A stretch of DNA of 64,000 bases from Coprothermobacterota bacterium (GTDB lineage Bacteria; Coprothermobacterota; HKB111). Shown here one piece after another: positions 8,347 to 17,426 of the stretch. Each line of letters starts with the position of its first letter. Positions within the stretch are counted from its first letter, which is position 1. Under the pieces are notes generated by a model. That model made no database searches. It saw only the letters and a program-made list of their open reading frames with translations, and was not told the DNA's origin. Position numbers and translations under genes: made by a program. Location of the stretch: NCBI GenBank assembly GCA_037440465.1, contig JBBIUB010000001.1, positions 96,001 through 160,000 on the forward strand. Reading direction: 5' to 3'.

Positions 8347-10242
8347 TTATTCATAATAGCCTTCCGGTAAATCAGGGATAAGCTCATCTAATCCTAATTC
8401 TTTGAGTGTTGAAGGTCTGGGAATACCGTCCAAGGTCCATCCTCTCTCTTTATAATAATCATCTAACATATAAGACAATTCTACAACCTGCCCTTTAGCG
8501 CCACCTTCTGTGGCTTTTTCCTTTAAGAGCCGCTCCGGTAGCGTATCTTCTTTACGAGAAAGACCCAAACGTACGTTGTACATCCTCTGGAGATTAATAA
8601 TCCTCTCGCCTAACTTTTCAAGTTCTTTTATACTATAATCCCAACCTACTGTCAATTTCAGGGCTTTTGTAAGCTCTTCATAACCTAAAGTTGGTGGAAC
8701 CATCGTCCCATATTTGCAAACTACTGATGACTCTACTACAGCTCCCCAGTTCTCATTAACATAAATCATATGCCCCTTATGGACAGGGTTTAATCTGTCA
8801 GCCATTTCGGGCATATACTTTGCTCCATAGATTCTTTCTACTTCTTCGTCAAATCCACCTTCATCCAAAACTGGAAAAGCATAAAGATGGTCAGCTCCCC
8901 GAGCAGAAACTGCTATGGCTAAACCCATGGATTTTTGACCTCTTGGCTCCTGGCCAGCTATTTCCATTTTTTTAACTGCCATCACATAATTTATTGCTTC
9001 CCCACCTATTATCTGAGCTGCTTTAAAAGAACCTTCAGCTAAGAGGTTAGCTAAGGGGCCTTCACGATAAGCGATGCGTTTAGTGAGTTCAACGACTGTC
9101 TCAGCATCTCCAAAGAAAAGATCTAAATCATCTCTGTACTCAACGGGTAGGAGTCCAAGATCTGCCAATTCCATAGCAAAGGAAATGACAGCACCCGTAC
9201 CGATAGTATCTAAACCAAGATTATTGCAGAGATAACCAGCATAAATAATCGCTTCAAGATCGTTAACACCACAACGAGAACCAAGGGCAGCTACTGTCTC
9301 AAACTCAGGACCCCCTGTAATACAGCTATATTTACCTTCTTTTACCTGGCAATACCTCCCACAACGCTGAGCACAGGAGAAATCAGCCCGAGGTTTTATC
9401 AGATATTTATCTCTGAGCTCTTTGCCACTTATTAGATGAGCATCTTTAAAATAACCTGAGCGGAGGTTGTTTGTAGGGAGCCTTCCTATTTCAGACATAA
9501 TCTCTGTAAGACCAGCAGTACCATAAATCACACGTGTACCTGCAATTGGGTCTTGAATAAGTTTCTGAATTAATTCTTTCATATAAGGAAGATAATTTAT
9601 CTTATCAAAGACTTCTATACCCTGGTTTCCTTTAACTACTATTGCCTTAACTTTTTTTGAACCCATTACAGCTCCCACTCCTGAGCGAGCTGCTACCCTA
9701 TCCCTATCGTTCACTATTGAAGAAATAAGAACCAATTTTTCACCTGAAGGACCTATGGATATAATCCTCACATCACTCCCAAGTTCATTCTTTATTATAT
9801 CTTCTGTTTCATGAACAGTCTTACCCCAGATATGAGTGGCTTCCTTAATTAAAACCCTATCATTATTAATATAAATATAAACAGGTTCGGCTGAACTACC
9901 TTCAAGCACCAAACCATCATATCCAGCGAATTTAAGTTCAGGAGCCCAATGGCCTGCAGAATGTGCTTCACCCCATATGCCAGTCAAAGGTGATTTTGTG
10001 GTAACCACATAGCGATTGCCCTGTGGCCAGAGAGTACCAGTCAAAGGACCGGTAAAGACGAATAATTTGTTTTCTGATGATAAAGGTTCTACTTCTGCAC
10101 CTACTTCATGATAAAGAAAATAAGAAGCAAGTCCCGTTCCCCCCAGATATTTAATCAGAAGTTGATCATCCAAACTTTCTTTTTTGTAGCTTTTATCATC
10201 CAGATTTATTCTAAGAATCTGTCCTCTGTATCCCTTATTCAC
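8347..10242 (-). CDS. Tungsten aldehyde:ferredoxin oxidoreductase (AOR/WOR) family, large subunit 1
   Basis: KSPLTG, APELKFAGYD, IGPSGE, AARSG.GAVMGSK, GPEFET, DTIG, RGADH. Confidence 0.92.
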   Translation of the reverse strand: MNKGYRGQILRINLDDKSYKKESLDDQLLIKYLGGTGLASYFLYHEVGAEVEPLSSENKLFVFTGPLTGTLWPQGNRYVVTTKSPLTGIWGEAHSAGHWAPELKFAGYDGLVLEGSSAEPVYIYINNDRVLIKEATHIWGKTVHETEDIIKNELGSDVRIISIGPSGEKLVLISSIVNDRDRVAARSGVGAVMGSKKVKAIVVKGNQGIEVFDKINYLPYMKELIQKLIQDPIAGTRVIYGTAGLTEIMSEIGRLPTNNLRSGYFKDAHLISGKELRDKYLIKPRADFSCAQRCGRYCQVKEGKYSCITGGPEFETVAALGSRCGVNDLEAIIYAGYLCNNLGLDTIGTGAVISFAMELADLGLLPVEYRDDLDLFFGDAETVVELTKRIAYREGPLANLLAEGSFKAAQIIGGEAINYVMAVKKMEIAGQEPRGQKSMGLAIAVSARGADHLYAFPVLDEGGFDEEVERIYGAKYMPEMADRLNPVHKGHMIYVNENWGAVVESSVVCKYGTMVPPTLGYEELTKALKLTVGWDYSIKELEKLGERIINLQRMYNVRLGLSRKEDTLPERLLKEKATEGGAKGQVVELSYMLDDYYKERGWTLDGIPRPSTLKELGLDELIPDLPEGYYE

Positions 10243-10636
10243 GGAAATCCTCCTTTAGCTCTATGACTCCAGAGGGACAAATTGTGACACATTTCTCACA
10301 GACCTCGCAGATGAGGGGTGTTTTTTTCTCAGGATGAAGACTCACAGCTTCATAAGGACAGATTTCTTCACAGATTCCACATAAGATGCATAGTTCCTCA
10401 TCAATAGATACCACTCCCTCTTTTTTTCTCAAAGCCAGAGTCGAGCAATTATCAATACAAGGTGCGGGTTCACAATTTTGACAGAACTTCACTTCGTCCC
10501 TGCTATCATCAAAACGTTTGGTTTTAGCCCGAGATACAGCAGGATTTATCACTCCATAATGAACGAAAGAACAAACAGATTCATGTATCCTGCACCCCGT
10601 ACAAACAAGAGGGTTAACCTTCAAATGGCGACCCAT
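10235..10636 (-). CDS. Polyferredoxin-like small subunit
   Basis: CTGCRIHESVC, CQNC....CIDNC, CILCGICEEICP, CEVCEKCVTICP. Confidence 0.88.
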   Translation of the reverse strand: MGRHLKVNPLVCTGCRIHESVCSFVHYGVINPAVSRAKTKRFDDSRDEVKFCQNCEPAPCIDNCSTLALRKKEGVVSIDEELCILCGICEEICPYEAVSLHPEKKTPLICEVCEKCVTICPSGVIELKEDFRE

Positions 10637-10790
10637 TCCTTTTTCTCCTTTTTACATTCCATACTTGACTCCGTGAAACCTTTTTTCTATTTAACTAAAT
10701 GATTGTTTAAACAAAGATTTATATTTACTATTAAAACACATAAAGAGAATAAATTGTTACAAATAGTACAAGTATTTATCATCTATGTTG

Positions 10791-10799
10791 TGCTATAAT
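10791..10799 (+). promoter_or_regulatory. Extended -10 promoter (TGnTATAAT) for moeB/thiF-cupin
   Basis: TGCTATAAT ending 19 nt before the ATG at 10819. Confidence 0.6.
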
Positions 10800-10818
10800 T
10801 CAAAATAGGAACTCATAA

Positions 10819-11619
10819 ATGGAAAGGTATAAAGTACAAACAAGATTCAAGGAAATAGGAGAAGGTGGTCAGGCTAAATTAGCTGAAGGAAGAGTTTGTA
10901 TTATTGGCCTGGGGGGTCTTGGGGGGTTTTTAAGCGAACTTCTTACCAGGGCGGGTGTTGGTCGAATAACCCTTATAGATTTTGATTCAGTTGAAATATC
11001 CAACCTACAAAGACAGATTCTTTACAACGAAGATGATGCAAATGAAGGAAAGTTAAAAGTAGAAACCGCATTAGAGAAACTTAGTAAAATAAACAGTGAA
11101 ATAGACTTAGTTGGTTATTCTCTGTACCTTTCTCCGCAGAATGCTGAAAAATTCTTACTTGGTCATGACTTGATCCTTGATGGAACTGACAACTATGGAA
11201 CCCGTTATTTATTAAATGACATTGCTGTTAAACATTCAATCCCCTGGATATTCCAGGCAGTTGCTGGAGCTTATGGTATGGCATCAATGATAATTCCTGG
11301 GGAAACACCTTGTCTGAAAGAAATATTACCTGAAGATATTAGCTCTCAGGCTCTACATTGTTCCACTGTAGGTGTAATCTCACCTATCATAGCATCAACA
11401 ACTGCTTTTACTATTACTCAAACATTAAAGTTTTTAACCCAAGGCAAAGAAAACATCGATAGAGGTCTGGCTTTGATAGACCTTTGGCATCCATCTTTTG
11501 AATTAATAGAATTGAATAAAAACCTTCAAGATCCTTGTCCTGTATGCGAATTGAGAAAATTTGAATACCTGGAAGGTGATAAATTTCCCAAACCAAGTGT
11601 TAAAGGATCTGCTTGTTAA
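10819..11619 (+). CDS. MoeB/ThiF-family adenylyltransferase
   Basis: IIGLGGLG, SNLQRQ, DGTDN, CSTVG, CPVC; divergent from moaD/AOR. Confidence 0.88.
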   Translation: MERYKVQTRFKEIGEGGQAKLAEGRVCIIGLGGLGGFLSELLTRAGVGRITLIDFDSVEISNLQRQILYNEDDANEGKLKVETALEKLSKINSEIDLVGYSLYLSPQNAEKFLLGHDLILDGTDNYGTRYLLNDIAVKHSIPWIFQAVAGAYGMASMIIPGETPCLKEILPEDISSQALHCSTVGVISPIIASTTAFTITQTLKFLTQGKENIDRGLALIDLWHPSFELIELNKNLQDPCPVCELRKFEYLEGDKFPKPSVKGSAC

Positions 11620-11634
11620 TATAAAGGAGGAAGA

Positions 11635-11973
11635 ATGTATAAGGTTTATGAAAAAGAAGTTAAACCCGAAATAGTTGAAGAGGGTAAAGCTGCTACTATC
11701 AAATGGATATTACATAAAGGTATTGGGGTACCAAACTTTGAGTTGCGTATTTTTGAGATTCAACCAGGCGGGCGTACACCTGAACATGTGCATCATTGGG
11801 AACATGAAGTGTATGTATTATCTGGTAATGGGAAGGTTAAAAGTGAAAGGGGGGATGCAGAGTTAAAACCTGGAGTGGCAGTATTTGTTCCTCCTCAGGA
11901 AAAACATGTTTTTGTAAATGATGGGGAGGAAGAATTAAAGTTTATCTGTGTTATACCTCGTAGAGAGGGATAA
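11635..11973 (+). CDS. Cupin-domain protein
   Basis: PEHVHHWEHEVYVLSG and VPPQEKH cupin motifs; GGAGG RBS. Confidence 0.85.
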   Translation: MYKVYEKEVKPEIVEEGKAATIKWILHKGIGVPNFELRIFEIQPGGRTPEHVHHWEHEVYVLSGNGKVKSERGDAELKPGVAVFVPPQEKHVFVNDGEEELKFICVIPRREG

Positions 11974-11981
11974 AAATACTC

Positions 11982-12011
11982 TTGACAGGAACCAATATAG
12001 ATGAGTAAAAT
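11982..12011 (+). promoter_or_regulatory. Sigma70-type promoter for nucleoside ABC operon
   Basis: TTGACA (11982) - 18 nt - TAAAAT (12006). Confidence 0.55.
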
Positions 12012-12079
12012 CATATTGTAATTATGCAGTACTCATTTATAATAAACTGCAAAATTTAAAAAAAATTAGGAGGTATAAA

Positions 12080-13342
12080 GTGAGGAAATTTTTAATAGGT
12101 TCGTTGGTTGTAACTTTAATTTTAGGTTCACTTTCACTGTTTTTTTCTCTTACCTCTAACAGCCTTGTAGAAGCTGGAGAAAAAATCAAGATTGGTTTGG
12201 TAACTGATGTAGGTGGGAGAGGAGACAAATCGTTTAACGATTCTGCCTTAAGAGGTCTGGAAAACTGGGCTGCTGGCTTAAAGATGGTTGCTGGTGTTGG
12301 TTATCAAGCATTAACCGATGCAGAGTACAACAAAATCATTGAAGATGAAGCACCAGGTTTGCTGGATCGTGGTATAAGGAAGTTTGATGTCGAACCCATG
12401 ATTCTTGAATCAAAAGCTAGTGAAGACTATATACCTAATCTTAAAACCTTAGCTGATCAGGGTTGTAAACTCGTTATTGGCGTTGGTTTCATGCTTACTG
12501 ATGCTATTGAAGAAGTTGCCCCTCTCTATCCAAACACTTACTTTATGTTAATTGATGGTTTTATTGAGACACCTCCTCCAAATGTAGTATGCTACTTATT
12601 CAAAGAAGAAGAAGGCTCATTCCTGGTTGGAGCTCTGGTTGGTAAAATGACCACTACAAATAAAGTCGGCTTCGTTGGAGGAATGGACTTATTTATCATT
12701 CACAGATTTGAAGCAGGTTATAAAGCAGGCTTAAAAACAGTTAATCCCGACGCAGAAACATTTGTAGGATACACAGGAAATTTCACCAGCGCTGAAGATG
12801 GTCAGAAAATTGCTAAAACACAGTTCGACCAGGGAGCAGACATTGTCTACCATGCTTCCGGTGCTTGTGGAATTGGTGTAATCGAAGAAGCAAAAGGAAG
12901 ACCTGCAGGCTACTACGCTGTTGGAGTTGACTCTGACCAGGATTACCTCGCTCCTGGTAAGGTTCTTACATCGATGATAAAGCACGTAGATTACGCTGTA
13001 TGGCTTTCCATAGAATCAGTTGTAATTAATACCTTCACAAGTGGCCATGTTACCCTTGGTGTTAAAGAGGGTGGCGTTGGTATTTCACCATTAAAATATA
13101 CTAAAGACTTAATTCCATTAGCCGTCCTTGATGAAGTAGAAGAACTTAAAGACATGATAATTGCTGGCGACATCAAAGTTCCAGCATCAAGAGAAGAGTA
13201 CGATGAGTGGGTAAAAACGCTTGCGGAAGAACCAGAACCAGAAGAACCTGCTAAAAAGACAAATTGGTTGTTAATTGCAGGACTTATTGTTGTTGCTTTA
13301 GCTATCGTTAAATTCCTCTTTTTGAAAGGTAAGAAAAAATAG
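12080..13342 (+). CDS. BMP/PnrA-family nucleoside ABC transporter substrate-binding protein
   Basis: DVGGRGDKSFND, GVGF, FKEEEGSF, GVDSDQ, TSMIK; signal peptide and C-terminal TM tail. Confidence 0.9.
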   Translation: MRKFLIGSLVVTLILGSLSLFFSLTSNSLVEAGEKIKIGLVTDVGGRGDKSFNDSALRGLENWAAGLKMVAGVGYQALTDAEYNKIIEDEAPGLLDRGIRKFDVEPMILESKASEDYIPNLKTLADQGCKLVIGVGFMLTDAIEEVAPLYPNTYFMLIDGFIETPPPNVVCYLFKEEEGSFLVGALVGKMTTTNKVGFVGGMDLFIIHRFEAGYKAGLKTVNPDAETFVGYTGNFTSAEDGQKIAKTQFDQGADIVYHASGACGIGVIEEAKGRPAGYYAVGVDSDQDYLAPGKVLTSMIKHVDYAVWLSIESVVINTFTSGHVTLGVKEGGVGISPLKYTKDLIPLAVLDEVEELKDMIIAGDIKVPASREEYDEWVKTLAEEPEPEEPAKKTNWLLIAGLIVVALAIVKFLFLKGKKK

Positions 13343-13381
13343 CAGGAGTATAACTTTTTAAAATACACTTTTAAGCCAAAG

Positions 13382-13413
13382 GAAAAGGGTGGGAAGAAAT
13401 CCCACCCTTTTCT
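13382..13413 (+). terminator. Hairpin after BMP gene (partial terminator / mRNA stabiliser)
   Basis: AAAAGGGTGGGA-agaaa-TCCCACCCTTTT. Confidence 0.75.
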
Positions 13414-13430
13414 TAACGGAGGTGAAAGAT

Positions 13431-14966
13431 TTGGTAAATGCTATAGAAGTAAAAAATATTACAAAAGTATTTCCAGAAGTAGTAGCAAACGATAACATTT
13501 CCTTTGAAATAAAAAAAGGTGAGATATTCGCAATTATTGGAGAAAATGGAGCTGGTAAAACAACTCTAATGAACATTCTTTATGGCTTGTACACTCCTGA
13601 TAGCGGAGATGTTTATATTGGTGGGAAGAAGATTATTCATAACTCACCGAAAAAAGCCATAGATTTAGGTGTTGGCATGGTCCACCAACATTTTATGCTT
13701 ATTCCAAAATTTTCAGTCACAGACAATATTGTATTGGGACAAGAATTTACTGTAAATGGTCTTGTATTAGATCAAAAAAAATCAATTCAAAGCGTAAGAG
13801 AAATATCTGAGAAATATAAATTAAAAGTTGACCCTGAGGAGAAAGTAGAAAATCTTTCAGTTGGTGTACAACAACGAGTTGAGATACTTAAAGTCCTCTT
13901 CAGAGGAGCAGTTATTCTTATTCTGGATGAACCCACAGCAGTTCTTACTCCTCAAGAGTCAAGGGAGCTCTTTGATACCATTAGAGCATTAAAGGAGCAA
14001 GGTAAAACAGTCATATTTATTTCTCACAAACTAAAAGAGGTTCTGGAAATAGCAGACAGAATTGCTGTTTTGAAAAATGGAAGAGTTGTGGGAATCAAAG
14101 GAAAGGAAGAAACAAGTGAAAAGGATTTAGCAAGAATGATGGTAGGGAGAGATGTTATATTTGAATCTCCAAAAAAGTATGCTGAACCCGGTGAAGTAAC
14201 TTTAGCAGTTGAAAACATTACTATCATTGGAGATAAAGGAATACCTACTGTCAAAAACATCTCATTTAAATTAAGAAAAAGTGAAATCCTTGGAATCGCT
14301 GGAATAGAAGGTAATGGGCAGGCTGAACTGGTCGAAGCTTTGACAGGTCTTCGTCCGATTGAGTCAGGGACAATAAAAATAAATGACCAGGTCATAGAAG
14401 AGTTTACTCCCTGGAATATCAGGAAGAAAGGGGTAGCTCATATCCCTGAAGATAGAAGGAAAAGAGGTCTAATATTACCCTTTACTGTTTCATACAACCT
14501 AATTCTTGGAAGGCAGAGAGAAAAGAATTTTTCGAGAAGTATCTTACTTAATAATTCAGGTATATCTAAATATTCTGAAGGTAAAATTGATGAGTTTGAT
14601 ATTAGGCCAAGAAATAAAAACCTAAAAACAGAATCCCTGTCAGGTGGTAATCAACAAAAGATAATCGTAGCAAGAGAAATATCTTATAATCCTGAAATAC
14701 TTATCGCTTCCCAGCCCACAAGAGGACTCGATGTAGGTGCTATAGAATTTGTTCATAAAAGGCTCGTGGATCAAAGAGAATTTGGAAAGGCAATTCTCCT
14801 GATTTCTTTAGAGCTTGAAGAAATAATGATGTTATCAGATAGAATTGCAGTTATTTATAACGGTGAGTTCGTGGGAATTCTCAATAGAAATGAAGCATCA
14901 GAAGAAGAAATAGGCTTATTGATGTTAGGAGCTAAAAGGCAACCTAAAGAGGAGATGAGAGTATGA
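13431..14966 (+). CDS. Nucleoside ABC transporter ATP-binding protein (duplicated ABC)
   Basis: GENGAGKT, DEPTAVL, LSGGNQQK, QPTRGLD; in-frame TTG at 13431 after GGAGGTG. Confidence 0.9.
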   Translation: MVNAIEVKNITKVFPEVVANDNISFEIKKGEIFAIIGENGAGKTTLMNILYGLYTPDSGDVYIGGKKIIHNSPKKAIDLGVGMVHQHFMLIPKFSVTDNIVLGQEFTVNGLVLDQKKSIQSVREISEKYKLKVDPEEKVENLSVGVQQRVEILKVLFRGAVILILDEPTAVLTPQESRELFDTIRALKEQGKTVIFISHKLKEVLEIADRIAVLKNGRVVGIKGKEETSEKDLARMMVGRDVIFESPKKYAEPGEVTLAVENITIIGDKGIPTVKNISFKLRKSEILGIAGIEGNGQAELVEALTGLRPIESGTIKINDQVIEEFTPWNIRKKGVAHIPEDRRKRGLILPFTVSYNLILGRQREKNFSRSILLNNSGISKYSEGKIDEFDIRPRNKNLKTESLSGGNQQKIIVAREISYNPEILIASQPTRGLDVGAIEFVHKRLVDQREFGKAILLISLELEEIMMLSDRIAVIYNGEFVGILNRNEASEEEIGLLMLGAKRQPKEEMRV

Positions 14967-16099
14967 ATGAACTATTACATTGGTGGAATAGAAAAAGGGA
15001 GAATGTCCTGGATTTTGCTGTACCCATAATGGCAATATTAACGGGGTTTTTTGTAGCTGCTATTTTAATAAAAGCTACTGGAAAAAGCCCTATAGATGCA
15101 TATAGGCTATTAATTCAAGGCGCTTTTGGGAGAACCTTCCAGGAATTACTATCCTTAAGGTTAGCTGGTGAAGGGTTGTTGAAGGGAGGGATTCTTGCTC
15201 TAACTGGACTCTCAGTAGCTGTAGCTTTTAAATCCGGTTTATTTAATATCGGAGCTGAAGGGCAGTTCATAGTAGGTTCTATTACTGCAGCATTTTTGGG
15301 CTTTAAATTACATTTCCCACCTTGGATAAATATCCCTATTATTCTCCTGGCTGTAATACTCACATCTGGATTATATGGAGCTTTAGCTGGTTATCTTAAA
15401 GTAAAAAAAGGTGTTCATGAAGTTATAACAACCATTATGTTGAACTGGACAGCGGTTCACCTCATAGAAAATTGGATAGTTGTTGGACCCTTCAATATCT
15501 TAAGATATTATCCCAGAGCAATCCGAGCGGGGACTCCTTATGTTCAGGATAATTCTCGCTTGTTTCCTCTTTTTGAGGGTACAAGATTGAACGCCACAAT
15601 TTTTATTGCTATTATAGCTGTAATAGTGGTTTACTATCTATTAAACAAGACCGTCACTGGTTACGAAATACAGGCAACTGGAAAAAATCCAGAAGCAGCG
15701 AGATATTCGGGTATAAAAACAGGAAAATCAATGATATTAGCAATGTTTATCTCTGGAGCTCTTGCTGGATTAGCCGGAGCATGTATGATACTCGGCACAG
15801 AAAAACAGTACCCTGGCGTATTCAGACCTGGTTATGGATTTGATGGAATTGCTATGGCTTTAATCGGAGCTACATCTCCAATTGGAACCTTTGCAACATC
15901 TCTTTTCTTTGGTTTTCTACGATCAGGAGCTACAAGCATGCAGCTTATTGGAATCCATAAAACATTTGCAGATATTATCCAGGGTACAGCAACCCTTTTT
16001 GTTGCCAGTCAGCTGGCAATAAGATATTTGATTATGAGGTTAGAAAAACGTAGAAAACCTGAGGTTAAAGAGATTATAAAAAGCGAGGTGCCCAAATGA
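14963..16099 (+). CDS. Nucleoside ABC transporter permease
   Basis: GLFNIGAEGQ, HEVITTIMLN, GYGFDGIA. Confidence 0.9.
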   Translation: MNELLHWWNRKRENVLDFAVPIMAILTGFFVAAILIKATGKSPIDAYRLLIQGAFGRTFQELLSLRLAGEGLLKGGILALTGLSVAVAFKSGLFNIGAEGQFIVGSITAAFLGFKLHFPPWINIPIILLAVILTSGLYGALAGYLKVKKGVHEVITTIMLNWTAVHLIENWIVVGPFNILRYYPRAIRAGTPYVQDNSRLFPLFEGTRLNATIFIAIIAVIVVYYLLNKTVTGYEIQATGKNPEAARYSGIKTGKSMILAMFISGALAGLAGACMILGTEKQYPGVFRPGYGFDGIAMALIGATSPIGTFATSLFFGFLRSGATSMQLIGIHKTFADIIQGTATLFVASQLAIRYLIMRLEKRRKPEVKEIIKSEVPK

Positions 16100-17046
16100 G
16101 TATAATACAGATAATCATTTCTGTAATCTCTTCACTTCTAAAATTTGGGACACCCTTAATTTTAGCTGGCTTGGGTGGAGTGATTACTGAAAATGCAGGA
16201 GTTGTAAATATTGCTCTTGAAGGAATGATGCGGATAGGTGGATTTTTTGCTGTCTTTGGTTCTTATTTAACAGGAAATCCCTGGTATGGTTTAATATTAG
16301 GACTAATTGCTGGAGCTATAGCTGGATTACTCCATGCATATATTTCTGTTTCTCTTAAAGGAAATCAGATTGTAAGCGGAGTGGCCATAAACATATTCGC
16401 TCTTGGAGGAATTACATTTTTTTTGGAGAGATACTTTAACACAACTGGTCATTCACCTTCAGTTAATTCCTTTATAGACAAACCACTTTTCCCAATATTA
16501 GTTAAAATACCTGTTATAGGAGAAATATTTTCTGTTATGAACATATTTGTTTTTCTGGCAATAACACTTCCCTTCATAATTCACTTCTATCTTTATAGAA
16601 CTTCCTGGGGGTTAAGACATCGTTCAGTTGGCGAAAATCCTAAGGCTGCTGATACTATGGGAATAAATGTATATCTTGTCAGGTATATCGCAGTTATTAT
16701 CTCTGGAGCACTGGCAGGTTTATCCGGAGCATCTATTTCTATCGGTCAGTTAAGCCTTTTTGATAACCATATGCCTGCTGGCCTTGGTTTTATTGCCCTT
16801 GCAGCAATGATTTTTGGAAAATGGAAACCCATCGGCACTCTAATTGCTGCTTTTTTCTTTACCATGGCTACTGTGGCTCAGATATATATCCAGACACTTG
16901 CTCCTCACATTCTTAAAATAATACCCAGAGGCTTTTTCTTAGCTTTTCCATATATTCTCACCATATTAATCCTTGCTGGTTTTGTTGGAAGAGCAGTAGC
17001 ACCAGCTGCTGATGGTGTTCCATATGAGAAGGGAGAAAAACTCTAA
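16096..17046 (+). CDS. Nucleoside ABC transporter permease
   Basis: GVVNIALEGMM, VGENP.AAD..G, GFIALAA.IFG.W. Confidence 0.9.
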   Translation: MSIIQIIISVISSLLKFGTPLILAGLGGVITENAGVVNIALEGMMRIGGFFAVFGSYLTGNPWYGLILGLIAGAIAGLLHAYISVSLKGNQIVSGVAINIFALGGITFFLERYFNTTGHSPSVNSFIDKPLFPILVKIPVIGEIFSVMNIFVFLAITLPFIIHFYLYRTSWGLRHRSVGENPKAADTMGINVYLVRYIAVIISGALAGLSGASISIGQLSLFDNHMPAGLGFIALAAMIFGKWKPIGTLIAAFFFTMATVAQIYIQTLAPHILKIIPRGFFLAFPYILTILILAGFVGRAVAPAADGVPYEKGEKL

Positions 17047-17426
17047 AGAGAGGTTGTAAACTCTTGGTATTTTTCAAAAGATAAAAGCTCTTCTATCTTT
17101 TCTGATTCTGAGGGCTTTATTTTTGCTATCCACCCATCTTCATAAGGGCTTTGGTTTATATATTCGGGGTTTTCAGGCAAGGAATTATTAATATCTACAA
17201 CTTCTCCGTCCAATGGCATGTAAACTTCGCTAGCAGACTTAACTGACTCAACAACAGCTAATACATCTCCTGTTTTTAACAGTTTTCCAACTTGGGGTAA
17301 TTCAACAAAAAGAATATCACCTAATTGCCTCTGAGCATAATCTGATATTCCTACATTAAAAAACCCTTCTTCTTTAGGGCAAATCCATGTATGATCCTTA
17401 GTAAACCTTAAACTTGATTCATCCAT
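17043..17426 (-). CDS. gcvH: Glycine cleavage system H protein
   Basis: GISDYAQ..LGD, VESVKSASEV (lipoyl Lys), PY..GW. Confidence 0.93.
   Translation of the reverse strand: MDESSLRFTKDHTWICPKEEGFFNVGISDYAQRQLGDILFVELPQVGKLLKTGDVLAVVESVKSASEVYMPLDGEVVDINNSLPENPEYINQSPYEDGWIAKIKPSESEKIEELLSFEKYQEFTTSL

Noticed and set aside
977..10636. Selenocysteine recoding, since YgeY/YgeW clusters are often selenium-linked
   Set aside because: All ORFs look full length with no in-frame TGA at Cys positions; the variant ligands are real Asp and His codons.
11974..12079. Purine riboswitch upstream of the nucleoside transporter
   Set aside because: Conserved core elements and three-stem layout are absent, and the leader is too short.
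13389..13430. ORF-track start of the ABC ATPase at 13389
   Set aside because: Falls inside the hairpin; TTG at 13431 has a GGAGGTG RBS.
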